Source: Chiloscyllium plagiosum (taxonomy: Eukaryota). Taken from it: a stretch of DNA of 35,642 nt. The first letter of the stretch is position 1. Each line of letters begins with the position of its first letter. The translations under genes were made by a program, and so were the position numbers. The notes beneath the pieces are model-generated. The model was not told where the DNA came from. It did not search any database and saw nothing but the letters and a program-made list of their open reading frames with translations. The stretch lies in contig NC_057718.1 in assembly GCF_004010195.1 (NCBI RefSeq), positions 21,753,464 through 21,789,105 on the forward strand, given 5' to 3'. This document shows, one piece after another, positions 11,590 through 24,620 of this stretch.

Positions 11590-11900
11590 TTGCAGTATCT
11601 GAAACCACATTTCATTGCAGCAGATATCTTCTGCCCCACAGCCTGTGTTGCCATTGGCATCGACTGTTTGCTCATCTTACTTGTCATGATTGATGTGGAA
11701 GGTTTCCATATTTCTTTTGGCAGCATCCTTGAATCTGAGCTTTGCGCCCTCTGCTGGTCTCTTGACAGGGAGTAGATCTCTTGACAGCAACTCTTTCGGG
11801 TTGTAGTTATCTTTCACCCTATTCACAAGCCTAAGCCAGTGAAGCCTTCTTGTCTTGAGTAGACCAAGCAAATATAGCACCTCATACCAGTTTACCATGT
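11590..11900 (-). mobile_element. RTE-clade LINE C-terminal relic
   Basis: RRLHWLRLVNRVKDNYNPKELLSRDL..KRPAEGAKLRFKDAAKRNM resembles the RTE pattern RRLRWLGHVxRMxDxRxPKxLLYGEL..GxRxxGRPxLRFKDxxKRDM. Confidence 0.7.
11744..11757 (-). promoter_or_regulatory. Candidate CTCF site
   Basis: Minus strand CCAGCAGAGGGCGC matches the CTCF core consensus CCASYAGRKGGCRS. Motif match only. Confidence 0.4.
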
Positions 11901-12084
11901 AGCATCTTATTGAAGGTATACTGAAAGTCCAAATAACATGCCTATCTCATCATACTTATTTACTGTTACTTCTTCACATAAATCACTAAGGTTGGTCAAA
12001 CATGATCTCTTTTGAAACTTGTACTAACACTCTTTTGACATTTTGTGTCTTGATATTTCCTATTCAGTAAGGATGACATTATTT

Positions 12085-13360
12085 TTGATTTGACTTGATC
12101 CATTACTGTCTCATGTACCAAGGTATAATGGAAAGTGTTGTCTTACGTGCATTACATGCAGATCATAGTAGAGGGGTGCATCAGAGCAACAGAAAAACAT
12201 GGAGAAAACAACATTACAGCTGCTGAGAAAGTAGGGAAGAAGGAAGGAGGGAGGGAGGGAGAGATTAACATTAAAGAGTTCCATTCAGAAATCTGTTAAC
12301 AGCGGGGACGAAGCTGTTCTAGAACCTATTTGTATGTGTATACAAACTTTTTTTATATCTTCTGCCCAATGGAAGAGGGTCAAAGAGAATAAAACTGGAT
12401 GGGAAGATCTTTGATTATGCTGGCTGCTTTCCTGATGCATTGGGAAGTATAGACGAAGCCAATGAATCGGAGGCTGGTTTGCATGATGGACTGGGCTACG
12501 TTCACAACTCTCCGTAGAGTCATAGCGCTGTACAGCACAGAAACAGATCCTTTGGTCCAACTCGTCCATGCTGACAAGATATCCTAAAGTAATCTGGTCC
12601 CATTTGTCAGCACTTGGCCCATATACCTCTAAACTTTTCCTATTCATATACCCATCCAGATGCCTTTTAAATGTTGTTAAATTGTACCAGCCTTCACCAC
12701 TTCCCCTGGCAGCTCATTTCATACATGCACCACCCTCTGTATGGAAAAGTTGCCCTTAGGTCCCTTTTAAACCTTGCCCCTCTCACCCTAAACTATAAAC
12801 TCTAGTTCTGGAAACTCCATCCCAGGGAAAAGGTCTTGTCTATTTTCTTTCGGTCTTGGGAAGAGCGGCTGCCATACCATGGTGTGATGCACCCAAATTC
12901 TATGGTGCATCTATAAAAATTTGTTAGTGTCATTACGGACATGCCAAATTTCCTTAGCCTCCTGAGGAAGCCAAGGTGTTACTGCACTTTCTTCACCACA
13001 GTGACATGGGTGGAGCATGACAGATTGTCGGTGATCGTCACTCCTAGGTACTTGACGGTCTCCACCATCTCCACTTCAGCGCCATTCTATTGTCTTGTTG
13101 TTGAAATCTGACCAGCAATGTTGGTGTCGTCAGCAAACTTGTCAAAGGAGTTGGTGTGGAAATTAGCCACACACAGTTGTGTATTAGTACAGTAGTGGGC
13201 TGAGTACACAGCCTTGTGGGGCACCAGTGTAGAGGATTATTGTGGAGGAGGTTTTGTTACCTATCTTTACTGACTGCTGTCAGTTGGTCAGGAAGTAGAG
13301 AATCTAGTTACAGAGCAGGGAGCAGAGAGTTTGGAGATGAGTTTGTTTGGAATTGTGGTG
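12085..13360 (-). mobile_element. Degenerate LINE (Rex1/Babar- or L2-like), interrupted by a CR1 tail
   Basis: Minus strand encodes KFADDTN at about 13120-13140 and LRRVVNVAQSI..CIRKAASIIKD (12380-12515). Short-repeat tail near 12085. Confidence 0.65.
12517..12845 (-). mobile_element. CR1 3'-end fragment nested in the LINE above
   Basis: Homologous to 7598-7900 and to the reverse complement of 18740-19047. Confidence 0.82.
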
Positions 13361-14339
13361 AATGATCTATAGTCCCCTGGATTTGGTCAAGCTCTCTTTT
13401 TAAATATAACATTCAGATGATCAGTTAGCCCTCTTGTGCTACTCCCTTTCTTAATGAATTTCATATCTATGTAATATTACCTATATTATTTTAATGTTGA
13501 CTTATTTTAACACATACAAATGCATTTCGCCCACCTTCAAGTATGATTAGGTAACCAATTATCTCTATTTCCATCTTATATTTTTGTGATAAAATCTTCT
13601 AATTTCATGCCCAAAACCTAAAACTAGTAATTATGTCATTTTCTGCCCATTACATACTTAAAAAACCAATATACAGATGCAATAAAAGGTGAGATGAAGT
13701 TACTTCAACTGTCAAAGGAGAGGGACGTAACATGTATTTTTCTTGTGTTGCAGACTTAAACCATCCCTGAAAATACTATGTCCCAAATGAACAGAAGGCA
13801 AGTGGATTGTATCCTGGTCTAGGATACTTATAAAGTCATTTTATCCTGCCATCCGAGAAAGCACTTCATGTTGTTGTTCAGCAATCCAAGACCAGAAATT
13901 GAGTGTGGAAACTCAGTCAAATTGACTTCAGCTGAATCAAGAATCAACCTGCAGCAAAGTTAGTCAGACTATTTAGGTACCACACAACTATCAGAGATTA
14001 ATTACAAAACTGTTCCAGCACAACTGTGTTTGCTATCCAAATGAGCAATTCTCCTGTCTACTCTCTGTAAGCCTCCACACTGTTCCTTTTCAAATAACCA
14101 TCTAATTTCTTTTGAAAGCCTCAACTTAGCCTGACTCTACTACACTCACAGGCAATGCATTCCAGATCCTCAGCACGCTTTGCCCACATTTTTTTTAGCC
14201 TCACAGGTATCTTTATAGCAGTCGACTAAACAAAAAAAAATTCCACATTCAAAAACTTGTACTGCATCCCTAAGCACTTCATGATCATGAAAACTGCAAT
14301 TTAACCTATTTTCAGCAAAATATGCAATTCGACAATTAC

Positions 14340-14407
14340 CGGATATGAGCTGGAGTTGTTCCACAGCACCCTCCAACAATGTTCACTAGCCCATCCATGG
14401 CGAATTC
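14340..14407 (-). CDS. MTR: MTR exon 11 ([22 protein letters not shown]+R), contains Zn ligands Cys323/Cys324
   Basis: ttgcag|GAA ... CG|GTAAT, 68 nt. GGCCGTTP motif. Confidence 0.97.
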
Positions 14408-14414
14408 CTGCAAA

Positions 14415-14800
14415 ATGAGATAGGTTAAGAGAGTGGACAAGGATCTGATAAATGAGTACAAAATGGGAAAGTTAAATTGTCCATTTTGGCAGAAAGAATA
14501 AAAAAGCAAGAGTTCTGCGATGGAGAGAGATCTGTGTGATCTATTGCAGAAGGTTAGTATGCAGGTATAGCAAGTAATCAAGACAATATATTGCAGATGC
14601 TAGATATCTGATACAAATACAGAGAATGGTGGAGAAACTCAACAAGTCCGGCAACATATGTGGAGAAGGAGAGAGTTAACATTTTAAATTCATTATATTC
14701 TATTAGCTTCTGAAGAAGCATAATGTTTTATTGCAAGGGGAATTGAATGCAAAAGTAGCGAGCTTATGCATCAGTTAAATAGGGTATTGGTGAGAAATAC
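14415..14800 (+). mobile_element. Old CR1 ORF2 relic abutting the exon 11 acceptor, with an internal Penelope-like relic (about 14590-14718)
   Basis: GATAGGTTAAGAGAGTGG..CATTTTGGCAGAAAGAATAAAAAAGCA reads as DRLx[10 protein letters not shown]. The inner segment GCAGATGCTAGA..GGAGAAACTCAACAAGTCCGGCAACAT resembles 23700-23795. Confidence 0.6.
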
Positions 14801-14989
14801 TTTGAATTCAGCATCCCATATACACAACCTTTAAAGTTCCAATTACAGGAATTTGCAATTGCAAAGAGTTCAATAATAATAAACTTATATTTACAGGTCA
14901 TAAAGCTACAAAAAGACACGGATTATAGCCAAACAGACCAGAAGCAATTCAATTCTTAGTCTGCACTGAGTCTGCATCTCCAATGTAAG

Positions 14990-15657
14990 ACAATTTAACC
15001 CACTATCCCTTGACATTCAAATGATGTTACCATCACTTAATCCCCACTATTAACATCCTGTGGGTTAGCATTATCTAGAAACTCAACTGGACTTGCCATA
15101 TAAATGCAAGTCAGAAGCTAAGGAATCTGCAGTGTGTAACTCATCTCCTGACTCCCCAAAACCTGTTTATCATCTGCAAGGCACAAAGAGTGCGATGGAA
15201 TACTCCTCACTTGCTTGTATGAGTGCAGCCCCAACACACTCAAGAAGCTTGACACCATCCAGCACAATGCAGTCTGTTTGATTGGCACCACATCCACCCC
15301 TCCACCACCAATGCTCAGTAGCAGCAGTCTTTACCATCTACAAGCTGCACTGGAGAAATTCACCGGCGATCCTTAGACAGCACCTTCCAAATCCAAATTT
15401 CACTGATTTATTTACTATCATATGTAACAAAGTACACTTTCATCTACAAAGGACAGCAGATACACGGCAACAATATCACCTGTAAGTTCACTTCAAAGCC
15501 ACACACCATCCTGACTTGGAAATATATAATTGATCCTTCACTGTTGCGGAGTCAAAATCCTGGAATTCCCTCCCTATGGGCATCGTGGGTCAACATACAA
15601 CACATGGACTGCAGCGGTTCACCAACACCTTCTCACAGACAACTAGGAATAGGCAAG
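14990..15657 (+). mobile_element. 3' fragment of the same older LINE family, opposite orientation
   Basis: Reverse-complement similarity to 6050-6710 and 27570-28190 (CCATCCTGACTTGGAAATATAT..CTTCACTGT..GTCAAAATCCTGGAATTCCC). Confidence 0.78.
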
Positions 15658-15874
15658 AGGAGATTTAATGAAGGCAGAACTACTTTTAGATACAGTGCAG
15701 TTGATAGTTAAATGCCATAGAGACATGATAAGCTGCCATTTAGGCTGCCATGGTCAATCTCACCACACTCTTAAATGAGGAAAAGGACAAAAATTGAGAA
15801 GGAGGAACTTGGAATGCAAAATTGAATGCAAATAAATGTGCGTTAGAAATTAAACTTCAAATACTGAACTGTAC

Positions 15875-15936
15875 CTTGAGGTATTTTGCAGTGACATCAG
15901 GAGTTTCATCATAGCCTCCAAATGTATTGGGAAGGC
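15875..15936 (-). CDS. MTR: MTR exon 10 (GLPNTFGGYDETPDVTAKYLK)
   Basis: ttttag|GC ... AAG|GTAC, 62 nt. GLPNxFGxYD motif. Confidence 0.96.
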
Positions 15937-17189
15937 CTAAAAGTTAAAAAGTACAACATGCCTATATTAGATACTTAACAATCTAAAATCTTGAGTTAAT
16001 TAATTAGTTAAAGCAGAAATAACATTAAAAGGTATCTTTCACTCAGGCTTTATTTTTCTTCCATTCTTCAGTTATGCTACTTCCTCATTGGTGTAATAAT
16101 GGTGCATTTTCTTGTGGCAGTAAGGTTAAAATAGAATGAAATAAAACTTAATAAGCAGAGATTCTGAGTCTGTGGATGAGGGCCTTTGCTGATGTTGTGC
16201 TCAAATAATATATAAATATTGGACAATGCACAGCAAGAGTGCTTGCATTTCAATAACATTTTATCATACTTTTAGACAATGTCAAAACATTTTACATCAT
16301 TTAAAATTCTTTCACTTGTACTCTCTCTCTGTTATTTACATATGAGCTTCAATGATGTGCAGAAACCTCAGCCACATTTCCATGCTAACCCAGTTGAGTA
16401 ACTCAGTCGGAGTCTGAGAAACAAACCTGTAAGGGCTACCAATCACAGGGGAATTCTCTCAAATGGATAACTGTCTAATATTATAACCTGAACATTGCAA
16501 AAATAAATGAATTCATTAAGGAATCAATAAACATGTTAAGGATAGCAAGAGTGCTTGCATTTATATACTGATTTAAGGTACTTGTGAGCAATCTCAAAAC
16601 ATTTTACAACTTTTGAAATTCATTCATTTGTGCTGTAGACCAATATTTCATCAACTTTGGTGCATCCAGCTTCTAAAACAGAAAATAAATTAGTTAATCT
16701 CTTTGTGAAGTTAACAGAGGAATGTTGACCAGGACATCAGGAAAAAAAACTCAGCTTTTCCTTGAGTAACACCATTTAACTTTAGATCCTCAAGCAGAAG
16801 GCAGTAGTACCTTTGTTTAATCTTTAATTTAAAAGATAGCACCTCTGACATTGTATTCTCTCTATTGTACTGAAATGTCAGACTTAATTTTGATGAAAGG
16901 CGATGACTGTTTATGAAGCTTGTGAAACCCTTCCAGAGAAATGGGTCACTGTCCTTAGGAGAGGAATCATGAGAAGAACGTTGGGTTGAGTAGGATGGTG
17001 GGATGGGTTTATCCGTGGGAAATTCTGGGAGCTGTTATATGAATGCAACATTAGCAAAGATTCTTTCTTATCCACAGCCCCCAGAATCTCTGCCTGTTTA
17101 GTTTTCATTTTGTAGGTGTAAAGAATGCTGGATGACTGGAGAAACTGAGGCTCTGGTCATGTAAAAGGAGGCTCATGTTAGGTATAGAC

Positions 17190-19047
17190 AGCTAGGATCA
17201 AGTGAATCCCAAGAGGACCACAAGAGTAGTAGGAGTATACTGAAGAGGAAAATTAGGACAGCAAAAACAGGACATGAGATAGCCTTGGAAAACAGAGTTA
17301 TGGAGAATCCAAATAGATTCTATATGTACAAAGAGGGCAAAAGAGTGAGTAGAGAGAGAATAGGGCTCCTTAAAGATCTGTGTGGCTATATGTGGAACCA
17401 CAGGAGATGGTGAGATAATAAAATAATATTTTGCATCCGTGTTTACTCTGGAGAAGGACATGGAAGCTAGGAAACTTGGGGAAATATAGTGATGCCTTGA
17501 AAAGAGTTCATATTACAGAAGAGGAGGTATTGGAGGTCTTAAAATACATTAAAAAATCTGATCAAGTGTTTCTCAGAAAGCGAAGTTATAGAAGAAATCT
17601 CCGAGTCCCTCGCTGAGATATTTTTAATCATCGACAGCCATAGGTGAGGTGCCAGACGACTGGAGGTTGGTGAATGTGGTGCCATTATGTAAGAAAGACT
17701 CTAAGGAAAAGCAAGGGAACTACAAGCCAATGAGCCTTATGTCAGTGGTGAGTAAGTTGTTGGAGGGGATTTTGAGGGACAGGACTTACATGCATATGGA
17801 AAGGCAAGGACTGATTAGGGATAGTCAACATGGCTTTGTACTTGGGTAATCGTGTTTCACTAACTGGATTGAGTTTCTCAAAGAGGTGGTAAAGAAAATC
17901 GAAGAGCAGTAGACATTGTCTATATGGACTTCAGCAAAGCATTCAACAAGATTCTGTCAGTAGACTGGTTAATAAAGGTTAGATCACATGGGATTCGAGA
18001 GAAGCTAGACAACTGGATACAAATTTGGCTTGAAGGTAAGAGACAAGGGTGGTGGTTGAGGATTGATTTTCGGAGTGGTGTCCTATGACTAGCAGTGTGC
18101 CTCAAGGATATATAAATTATTTGAATGGGAATATAAGAGGTATGGTTAGTAAGTTTGCAGATGACACCAAAATCAGTGGTGTAGTGGATCAAGAAAAAGA
18201 TTATCTCAGAGTACAACAGGACCTTGATCAGATGTCTCGATGGTGGTAGGTGAAGTTTAATTTAGATAAATGTGAGGTGTTGCGTTTTGGTAAGGCAAAT
18301 CAGGGCAGGATATATACAGTTAATGGTAGAACCGTGGGGAGTGTTGCTGAACAAAGAGACTTTCGGGTGCAGGTGCACATTTCCTTAAAGTGGAGTCACA
18401 TGTTGACAGGGTGGTGAGAAGTTGTTTTGCATACTTGCCTTGATTGGTCAGAGCACTGAGTATAGGAGTTGGGACATCATGTTGAAGCCGTACAGGTCAT
18501 TAATAATTTCACCTTTGGAATATTGCATGCAATTTTGGTCACTCTTCTATGGAAGTATGTTGGTAAACTTGAGCAGGTATAGAAAGGATTTACAAGGATG
18601 TTGCCAAGACTGGATGGCTTGCATTATAGGGATAGGCTGATTAGTCTGGGCTTTTTTCCCTGGAGTGGAGACAGAGGGATGATATTATAGAGGTTTATAA
18701 AATCATGAAGGGCATGGATAGGGTGAATAGCCAAGGCTTTTTTTCTTAGGGTGGGCTTGTCCAAAGCTACATGATGTAGATTTGTGTGAAAGGGGCAAGA
18801 TTTATAAAAAGCCCTGAGGGGTACCTTCTTCATGCAGAAGGTGGTGCACGTATGGAGCAAGCTGCCAGAGGAAGTGGTGGAGGCTGATACAATAACAATA
18901 TTTAAAAGGCAGCTGGATGGGTAAATGAATAGGAAGGGTTTAGAGCGATACTGGTCAAATGCTGGCAAATGGGACGAGGTCAGATTGGGGGATCTAGTCA
19001 GCACAGATAAGTTAAGTCAAATAGTTTCTGCACTGTATGACCCTATG
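17190..19047 (+). mobile_element. CR1-type LINE, 5'-truncated, degenerate ORF2 and 3' UTR
   Basis: Broken RT peptides PDDWRLVNVVPLCKK..GNYKPMSLMSVVSKLLEGILRD..SQHGF, DFSKAFNK, KFADDTK and LEYCMQFWS. Ends in CTGTATGACCCTATG. Confidence 0.9.
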
Positions 19048-19131
19048 TTTGAGGTTACACAAAGGAATAATCTATATATTGAAGTATTTGAAAGCTATCT
19101 ACCTTCTTTGATCTACAGATCTCTCACATTA

Positions 19132-19278
<147 letters not shown>

Positions 19279-19939
19279 TTACTATAAGAAATTGTGCATT
19301 GTTTCAGTGGAATTGTAAAAGAGAGTTATGTCCTTGCTCTCTGCGCCACGCATATACAGAATTCATTTTCTAATTTTGCTTCTCCTTGCCAAAAGCACAA
19401 GGGCAACTAAAAATATTTCAATTTTCCCAACAAAAATCTTGAGCTTGCTGACAGTCTTGACTACACACATAACAATAATGTAATTTGTGCAATTCTTCTC
19501 GGTGTGTTAAATTCAGTTGAGACCTTAATTGGCATAATGTAATTAACATCAGCATTCATCAATACCTCAGATCTTTCAAGGAAAGGTAATATCTAATTGT
19601 TATCAGTCTTACCCATGGCCAAACTGTTCAGTTAAGTTGGTCAGAATTCATCTGCTACTCTTTTTGCATAAGATCATATGGTTTAATTCTATATTTGCAC
19701 AAGGAGTAACTAACGTTATTTGTGGAAGACCTAAAGTCCAATCTGTTAAAATACAAATACATGTTTCTCTACTACACAGCCAGGTTTGTGCTGAAAAACA
19801 AAGTACTGAAAAAGTTAGGTATTTCTCTGAAAATTTAAATTATCAACCTTTCAAATAAAAATTAATCCTTATTCTTGCCATTCAGATTGACAATGATTTT
19901 CAGGTTGGGTCAGTGCCACTGCTACTGAACAAAATGTCC

Positions 19940-20125
19940 TCTAGTAAAGGTAAGGTCACCATTGTTCCAGAGGACCATAGGATTGCTTTCTCCTTAGAAA
20001 CAGATGACAGTTGGTGGTTTAACCAGATGAGGGGAAAGACTGAGAAGGAAGATAACCTCAGCAAGTGGAGGAATTGAACTGTTCTGTGGGCCTCACCTTG
20101 CATCACAAACCAGCTGTCACCAAAC
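19940..20125 (-). mobile_element. SINE-like repeat with (TTTACC)-type tail; opposite-strand copy at about 24630-24778
   Basis: TAAAGGTAAGGTCACCAT..GACCATAGGATTGCTTTCTC..GGTGGTTTAAC is the reverse complement of GTTAAACCACC..GAGAGAGCAGCTCTATGATC..ATGGCATCTTTACCTTTA. Confidence 0.6.
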
Positions 20126-21906
20126 AACATTAATAACAATACAAATTAACTCATTATCTTACATTCAACAAATGTGAACACTGCACCCAAGTGGCATTCC
20201 TGTCTGAGTTTCATTTTTATCTCAGAGGACTGTGAACATCTTACGGTCCAGGTATTCTTTTATGCATTATGCATGAGCATCCACCTCAACCTCACATTTA
20301 CAGGATCGTCGCTACTATTTAATCCACTGTCTTTAAGTCTTTTTGGCTGACTTCAATACCCGTCTGTGCTCCGATACTTTGGATGTATATTCAACCCCTA
20401 GATGGGCTTAACCATGGTTTTAGGTCAAGCCTGAAGTTGAATATGAAATTTCAAACCTGAACCCTATCAGTTAGTCTTGAACTTGCCCACTTCCACATTA
20501 ATGAACAAGGGATAGGTGACCAATCTGCTCACTGCAGACATGTCTGTTCCTGAAGGCTTTTAACTAGTGTCTGAGCTTCCACATTGATAATGATTTCTGT
20601 TTATCTAATGATAGGTGGTTTCCCAAACCTCAGGAAACCTGACAAGTAAAAGGAGGGAAGAAAGGGTAAATCGCTAAGCCAGTATTTTACAGGACAGGTC
20701 GTGGGCCAGGAGGAGAGTATTTCTTGCGGGTTGGGTGCTCGGGGATGTCTGATCTGGTTTGGGGGTGGGTTGTTGTTGCGAAGTATGAAAGCAAAGTATA
20801 ATGTCTGTTAAGTAGTTACTCAGGAATTAAATTTTGTATATTATAGCCTAACTTTTCATGAGCAACTATTTTATTTGATTTCATCAGAATCCCCTGAAGT
20901 CTCCGATTTATCTGGAAACTTTCAGAGGGTTCCAGAAGAATAGCCCAGCAGAAAACTAAACTTCCTGGGCAATTCCTTCACAGTCTGCTATTAATAGTGA
21001 TTCCACAGGGTCCCGGCAAACATCTCCAGTCTACTGTAGAATGATGGTTAGCTGAAATTCCAGGCCAATAATTCATCTGGACTGATTCTAGAAATTGCTA
21101 ACACATGCAAAGAAGCCTATTTATTCACAAAGACAGCTCTCACGGTTTCAGGGATTTGCAAAAACATGCAACACAAGCATTTAGAAGATAGCAGCATCCA
21201 ACAGCTGGCTATCAATAGTCTCTGATCAAATTACAGTCATAACCTTTCAGTCAAACATATAAAATATCCTGTCACTCATCCACAAATTTTCAGACATTGC
21301 ATGGAAATATATGCAAATGAACTTAAATGGTTAAAATAATGCAAAAACAGAGTCAACTCATGCTATTAATTCAGCATTGGACGCACTGATCAAGGATGGC
21401 AACACAGTCAAGTATTAAGATTCCCCCTTTTACTTCTTCAAACATTAGATAATTGAACTATGAAGAATGTTCTTACGTTTCATTAAAAATGCATTGGTCA
21501 AATTCCATCATATAGCCCAGGTTATACAGTTGCTAAATATTCCAGATAGCATGACAGGTGCTTAGGATCATGTTATACTTGAAGTATTTGAAGAGCAGCA
21601 CATTTTCCAAGTGCAACATTCAAACACTTTATATGTGCTGCCTCCAACAAACTGAATTGAACACTTGCAGTTTACCTCATTTTTGTATTCTAATCAAAAT
21701 GTGTCAACCTGAAGTATTAGTATTTTGTTCCACAGCTTCTGCCATAAATGCTCAGGATTTTTGGCCTTTACTTTTGAACTCAAGTTTGCTTTACATCCAA
21801 AATGCCTACTCCCCTTTCACGATGTCACTAATTTCTATTGAACAAATTATTTGTTTTCTAAAAATATACTCTTTTGATTCAGCTTTGCTGACAATCAGCT
21901 ACCTTA

Positions 21907-22005
<99 letters not shown>

Positions 22006-22098
22006 TTACAAAACAGAACTATTTAACTACAAAACGAGGTTACTGCCAGGTTGGGGAAATGAGATTGGAAAGAAAAGTAAACAGTATTTAACACTTAC

Positions 22099-22158
22099 AA
22101 AGAGAGGTCTTGATTCATATTGTTCCGCAAACAACTGCTGAATAGCAAATAAGGCAGC
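22099..22158 (-). CDS. MTR: MTR exon 7 (AALFAIQQLFAEQYESRPLF)
   Basis: cacag|GCT ... TTT|GTAAG, 60 nt, followed by a 96-bp intron. Confidence 0.95.
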
Positions 22159-22477
22159 CTGTGAACAGAACCATGTGTCATTAGCAAAACAAACTATTCA
22201 GATTATACTTCTATAGATGATAACTTTTTTTTTTATAAAAAGAACTTCATAATTTCAACAGATCCTAGTTGTGTCACTCAGGAATTAAAAACAGGATAAA
22301 ATATATATTCCTCCAGCAAATGTCTGCTGAATAGTTCAGTTATGTAAATTGGAAACAAATCTGGATATCTGTCAGATCAATATTGGCATCATCAAGGGCA
22401 TTTGCTGGTGCCCCTGGGTTAGGAATAGAAATTAAGGAAAATTAATTACAACAAGGTACTGGAATTTGTTCACTATT

Positions 22478-22785
22478 AGAAGAACATAGAAATAGGAGCT
22501 GGAGTAGGCCATCTAGGTCCCTTGGTATGCTCCATTATTAGATAGAGCATGGCTGATCTGATTGTGGCATCAATTTTACTTTCTTGTCAACTCTCTATAG
22601 CTCTTGACTTTGTTGTTAACCAAAAATCTATATAACTCTGTTGGAATATATACCTAGCTTCCACTGTCACTTTTGCAACACTAACGCCAAGCCTAACAAC
22701 ACCCTGAGGTAAGGAATTTCATCATCTCGGTTTGAAATGGCTCTGCTGAAACTGTGTCCCCAATTTTAGATTCTCCACGAGGGGC
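22478..22785 (-). mobile_element. Old CR1 3' tail
   Basis: AGAACATAGAAATAGGAGCTGGAGTAGGCCAT..CATGGCTGATCTG. Related copies at about 23380-23695 and 34255-34545. Confidence 0.65.
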
Positions 22786-22873
22786 AGATAAACAAAAGCT
22801 AATTTTAGTAAATGACTACACTATTTCCTTTCTGATAATTTACAAATTGGGTGAGGTTTGGTACATCTGTTAC

Positions 22874-22980
22874 CTTTGCATTTGCTGTATCAAAAATGGT
22901 CTCCACCAGGAGGATATCAATACCACCATCCAGTAGGCCTCTGGCTTGTTCTTCATAAGCTTCAACTAATTCCTCGAATG
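22874..22980 (-). CDS. MTR: MTR exon 6 ([36 protein letters not shown])
   Basis: tttgcag|CA ... AAG|GTAAC, 107 nt. ETIFDTxNAK motif. Confidence 0.97.
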
Positions 22981-24280
22981 CTGCAAACAGATTAATTGAC
23001 AGTAAAATTCCATTTGACAATTACAGCTAGGATACTTAAAAACAAAGTTTGAAATAACTTTTCCAGAGTGGAAATTTGGAATGACCTCTCAAAAGACTGC
23101 ATACTGAAACAATTGCAGTTTTCAAGATTGAAAGAATAGATTTCTGTTAGGCAATTCAGTCTGTAACTATCATGGATATAGTTCTTACAGGATTTTGGCG
23201 AGCATCTTTCACTTTTCAATGAAGTGTCTCTCAGTCATCTTTAGGTTAAACAAATAAATTCTATAATCTTTCCAAGTAACAGAGATCTGATTCCAGCTAC
23301 ATGATACAAAGCCTTTTGCTATTGCTCATTTACTTTATGGCAATGTTACAATCTATATTTTATGAAAAGTTCAAGAAATAGTAGTAGACCCAACAGTCCC
23401 TCATGATTACTCTGCCATTCAATATGGTCATGCTAATCTTCTGCCTCAAGTGCACTTTCACATCCATTCTCCAAAGCCCTGGATTCTGAGATACTAAAAT
23501 CTGTCTATCTCAAGTTTAAGAACTCAACAATGGAGCATCTATAACTCCTGTGCAGATAATTACAAAGATTCATAAGCTTCTGAGTAAAAGAATTTCTCAA
23601 CATCTCAGACATAAATGATTTACCCTTATCCTGACAATGTTCTAGATTCCCCAACAGGGAAAAACCTCAGCCTCTATCCTATTGAGCCTTTTTAGAATAA
23701 TCAAATAAAAATAGAAAGTGCTGGAGAAATATAGCAGCTTTGCAGAGAGAGGAACAAAGTTAAGCTTACAAGTCTAATGTGACATATCTTCAGAATATCC
23801 TGGACTTCCATCAGAATCAAATTTCCATTAGGAGATATTGAAGGTTGTAGCAATTTTTTTTCTACTCCTCATTTATGTGGGGTGAAATCATAGCTATAAA
23901 TTACCATTCTAATACTTCATTACATTGTCATATAGCATGCAAGTGTATACAATATGTAATGTACAATAGCAACCAAATCAAAAGTTCCTAAACATTTCAG
24001 CAACACCACATAAGGCACCTATCTTTAGCAAACATTGGCAACTTATTATCTCAGATTGAGTAACGTGGTCCGTGAACTTCCACTTATCACTGCTTTTATG
24101 TTGTGGCAGTCATAAAAACAAGATAACGATCCTTGCATAGAAAGCAAATGGGAACAGCCAAATTTGCAACACCACTTGCAGTTTCTAAATATAATCAGCT
24201 TTTAATTCAAATTTCTAGCAACCAATTTAATACTTTAAAACCATCCACAATTTTCCACTGGCACAGATTTTATTTCATAC

Positions 24281-24373
24281 TTATATTTCTGTAGTCAGGC
24301 CTCTCCACAGATGGTGATATTGATAATGTTTTGTTGGTTGGTCCTATTGCACCTGCCACAAATCTTTGGGTAC
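24281..24373 (-). CDS. MTR: MTR exon 5 ([31 protein letters not shown]+T)
   Basis: cag|GT ... A|GTATG, 93 nt. VAGAxGPTNKT motif. Confidence 0.97.
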
Positions 24374-24546
24374 CTGTGACAAATAACACAAGTTAGTAAA
24401 ACGCTCCAAAAACTTTGGAACCATGACAAACCCTACCAAAGCGTTGTGCTAAGTCCTATAAGTATTAAATAATAGGAGATATACTGTATTTATATAGATA
24501 AGTTTTTTTTTCCAAGTGAAATTTACAGAGCAACAGGAGTTGGCCC

Positions 24547-24620
24547 TTCCTGATGGAACGGCTTATGCTCGAAACGTCGATTCTCTTGCTCCTCAGACAC
24601 TGCCAGACCGGCAGTGCTTC
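24547..24620 (+). mobile_element. Degenerate Penelope-like terminal fragment with damaged hammerhead core
   Basis: TTCCTGATGGAACGGCTTATGCTCGAAACGTCGATTCTCTTGCTCCTC aligns to the copies at 53-100 and 5261-5310. Confidence 0.65.

Noticed and set aside
17190..19047. Autonomous active LINE
   Set aside because: 5'-truncated, with many stops and frameshifts.
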